A DNA stretch of 15,965 nt from an uncultured Phycisphaerales bacterium (lineage in GTDB: Bacteria > Planctomycetota > Phycisphaerae > Phycisphaerales > SM1A02): NCBI GenBank assembly GCA_938084645.1, contig CALKEP010000071.1, positions 1-15,965 on the forward strand, read 5' to 3'. Numbering within the stretch: position 1 is the first letter of the stretch; the number at the start of each line of letters is the position of its first letter. The notes beneath the pieces are model-generated. The model did no database searches. It had not been told where the DNA came from and saw only the letters and a list, made by a program, of their open reading frames with translations. Both the position numbers and the translations under genes were made by a program. Of the stretch, positions 14,306 through 15,965 are shown piece after piece.

Positions 14306-15310
14306 TCAGCCGGCGGCCCGCTTGAGGGTGGTCATGTCGCTGGGCTCGCCGGTGGCGTTCGGCGGCTTCACGCCCTCGAAGGTGAAGTCCATCCACTGAT
14401 TGGTCCACTCGTCACCGGTGATCGTCTCCTCGGTGCTGAACGTGACATCGTCGCCGTTCGCGTTGCGTCCGGACCAGTCGCAGCGGATGACCGTGGCCTT
14501 GCCGGTCTTGGAGATCTTCGGCTTCGCGGTCATGCGCATCCCGTTCGCGAAGGCGTTCATGCACCAGACGTCGCCGCTGCGGCGGTCGAGCATCCAGGTT
14601 CGCTTGGCGCGGAGGGTGGGCTCCCCGTCACCGACCTTCCGATGAATCGTCGCGTCGAGGGTGTGCTGGCCCGGCCCCCATGCGACGTCGACCATCACGG
14701 TCACGTCCTTGCCGGCATCGTTGGTGAAACTCCGCGTCCAGCTTCCGACCATCTGCGCCGCCTGCGGCATCGCCTGCTGGAAGGCGTTGACGGCGTCGAG
14801 CTTCGCGGTCTTGATGGGGAACGGCGTGCCCGACGTGGTCTCGAAGGTTCGATCGATCACGTCGTCACCGAAGGTGTCGGTCATGGTGATCTCGGATCGA
14901 CTGGAGCCGTCGAGGTTGGTGGTCTTCCACTTCCAGACGACCTTGCCGGCGTCCTGGTCCACGTCCTCGACGTGTCCCTTGTAGGCGAGTTCGCCATCGA
15001 CCCCGACCTGGAAACCGCCGGCTTCGATCCGGCCTGCCTCGGGGTTCCACCAGCAACCGCCGGTCTCGAACACCATCGGCTGGCCCGGAGCCTCCGAGAA
15101 GCGCCACTGCATGCGCTCGAACGGAACGACCCACTCGCTGGTGGTCAGGAGGGCCGGCGCGTCCGCGCCGTCGAGGGAGACGGCCCAGCTGCCGTCGTAA
15201 CCACCGACGGCCTGCCACCAGTTCTCGGCGGTGGGCTTTTCAGCGGTGGCGGCGGTCGCGAGGAGCATCACGGGCACGGCGGTCGAGATCGATCGAACAA
15301 GGTTCCTCAT
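14306..15310 (-). CDS. Secreted hypothetical double beta-barrel protein (paralogue of 11473..12444)
   Basis: GGAG 5 nt before ATG 15310 (alternative 15313); signal peptide ending ATA-EK; TAENWWQAVGGYDG, SEWVVPFER, VNAFQQAMP..MVGSW, WGPG, WSGRNANGD. Confidence 0.8.
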   Translation of the reverse strand: MRNLVRSISTAVPVMLLATAATAEKPTAENWWQAVGGYDGSWAVSLDGADAPALLTTSEWVVPFERMQWRFSEAPGQPMVFETGGCWWNPEAGRIEAGGFQVGVDGELAYKGHVEDVDQDAGKVVWKWKTTNLDGSSRSEITMTDTFGDDVIDRTFETTSGTPFPIKTAKLDAVNAFQQAMPQAAQMVGSWTRSFTNDAGKDVTVMVDVAWGPGQHTLDATIHRKVGDGEPTLRAKRTWMLDRRSGDVWCMNAFANGMRMTAKPKISKTGKATVIRCDWSGRNANGDDVTFSTEETITGDEWTNQWMDFTFEGVKPPNATGEPSDMTTLKRAAG

Positions 15311-15465
15311 CATTTCTCCAGTTCTTTCGTGATTGCGTGTCAGGGTGGCCCCACCCGGGCCCACCGCCGTGGAAAGTAGAAGAGGTTCGCCGTCGCGTCA
15401 ATCCAACGCGCTTCCTGATGGGTGTCGCGGGCTCCATATAAAATGAATGGCGTCAAAGGAGACCC

Positions 15466-15965
15466 ATGCCGAACCCACCTGCCGCCGTTCGAGCTTACTT
15501 CGCAGCATTGCCCGCGGATCGCCGGGAGGTGCTCGAAGCGGTCCACGAAGTGATCGAACGGAACCTCCCGAAGGGTTACGAAGGAGGCATGCAGTACGGC
15601 ATGCCGGCGTGGTTCGTCCCCCATTCCCTGTTTCCCGATGGGTATCACTGCGATCCGAGTCAGCCGGTGCCGTTCGTCAGCATCGCGAGCCAGAAGAAGC
15701 ACATCGGGCTCTACTTCTTCTGCATCTACCTCGACGAGGATGTTCGCGCGTGGTTCGAGTCGGAATGGCGGAAGACCGGCAAGCGATGGGACGCCGGCAA
15801 GAGCTGCGTTCGGGTGAAGCGCCTCGACGACATTCCGCTTCCGCTGATCGGAAAGTTGATCAAGAAGCTCTCGGTGAAGAAGTTCCTCGCGAGTTACGAG
15901 GCGATCCGGCCGGCCCCGAAGTCGAAGACGCCGAAGCAGGTGGCCGGGAAGACGGTCAAGAAGAA
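15466..15965 (+). CDS. DUF1801 (YdhG-like) protein, 3'-truncated by window edge; absent from the ORF track
   Basis: AAAGGAG RBS, TAAAAT at 15439-15444; MPNPPAAVRAYFAALPADRRE...LPKGYEGGMQYGM...GYHCDPSQPVPFVSIASQKKHIGLY...DAGKSCVR, then a Lys-rich tail. Confidence 0.9.
   Translation, partial: MPNPPAAVRAYFAALPADRREVLEAVHEVIERNLPKGYEGGMQYGMPAWFVPHSLFPDGYHCDPSQPVPFVSIASQKKHIGLYFFCIYLDEDVRAWFESEWRKTGKRWDAGKSCVRVKRLDDIPLPLIGKLIKKLSVKKFLASYEAIRPAPKSKTPKQVAGKTVKK

Noticed and set aside
13382..15379. 665-aa plus-strand ORF (also 492..2003, 9895..11208, 6121..7221 and similar long ORFs)
   Set aside because: Antisense shadows of well-supported genes, caused by high-GC codon bias; no motifs.
1..15965. 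CRISPR array, tRNA/rRNA, IS or prophage, defence system, PKS/NRPS cluster
   Set aside because: No spaced direct repeats, cloverleafs, transposase/integrase/nuclease motifs or biosynthetic core genes seen; composition looks uniform.

Overview
High-GC (roughly two-thirds G+C), gene-dense bacterial window. It probably comes from a Planctomycete (Phycisphaerales-like), judging by a dockerin-like C-terminal domain and Planctomycete-type DUF1080, SASA and HEXXH proteins. It holds 14 complete and 2 partial CDSs, and no rRNA, tRNA, CRISPR or mobile element is visible. About 11 of the complete genes encode signal-peptide or lipoprotein products. The clearest highlight is a secreted PETase/cutinase-type polyester hydrolase homologue (GWSMGGGG, S171-D216-H248, only one Cys). 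Around it lie several cofactor-free barrel or pocket proteins: an NTF2-barrel-NTF2 lipoprotein, two tandem dirigent/AOC-like lipoproteins and two paralogous double-barrel proteins. Also present are a coupled thioredoxin-acetylesterase operon, divergent HEXXH peptidases with leaderless-type promoters, an in-frame dockerin relic beyond a stop codon, and AIM24, DUF1080 and DUF1801 genes. All family calls come from motif recognition by eye; no searches were run.
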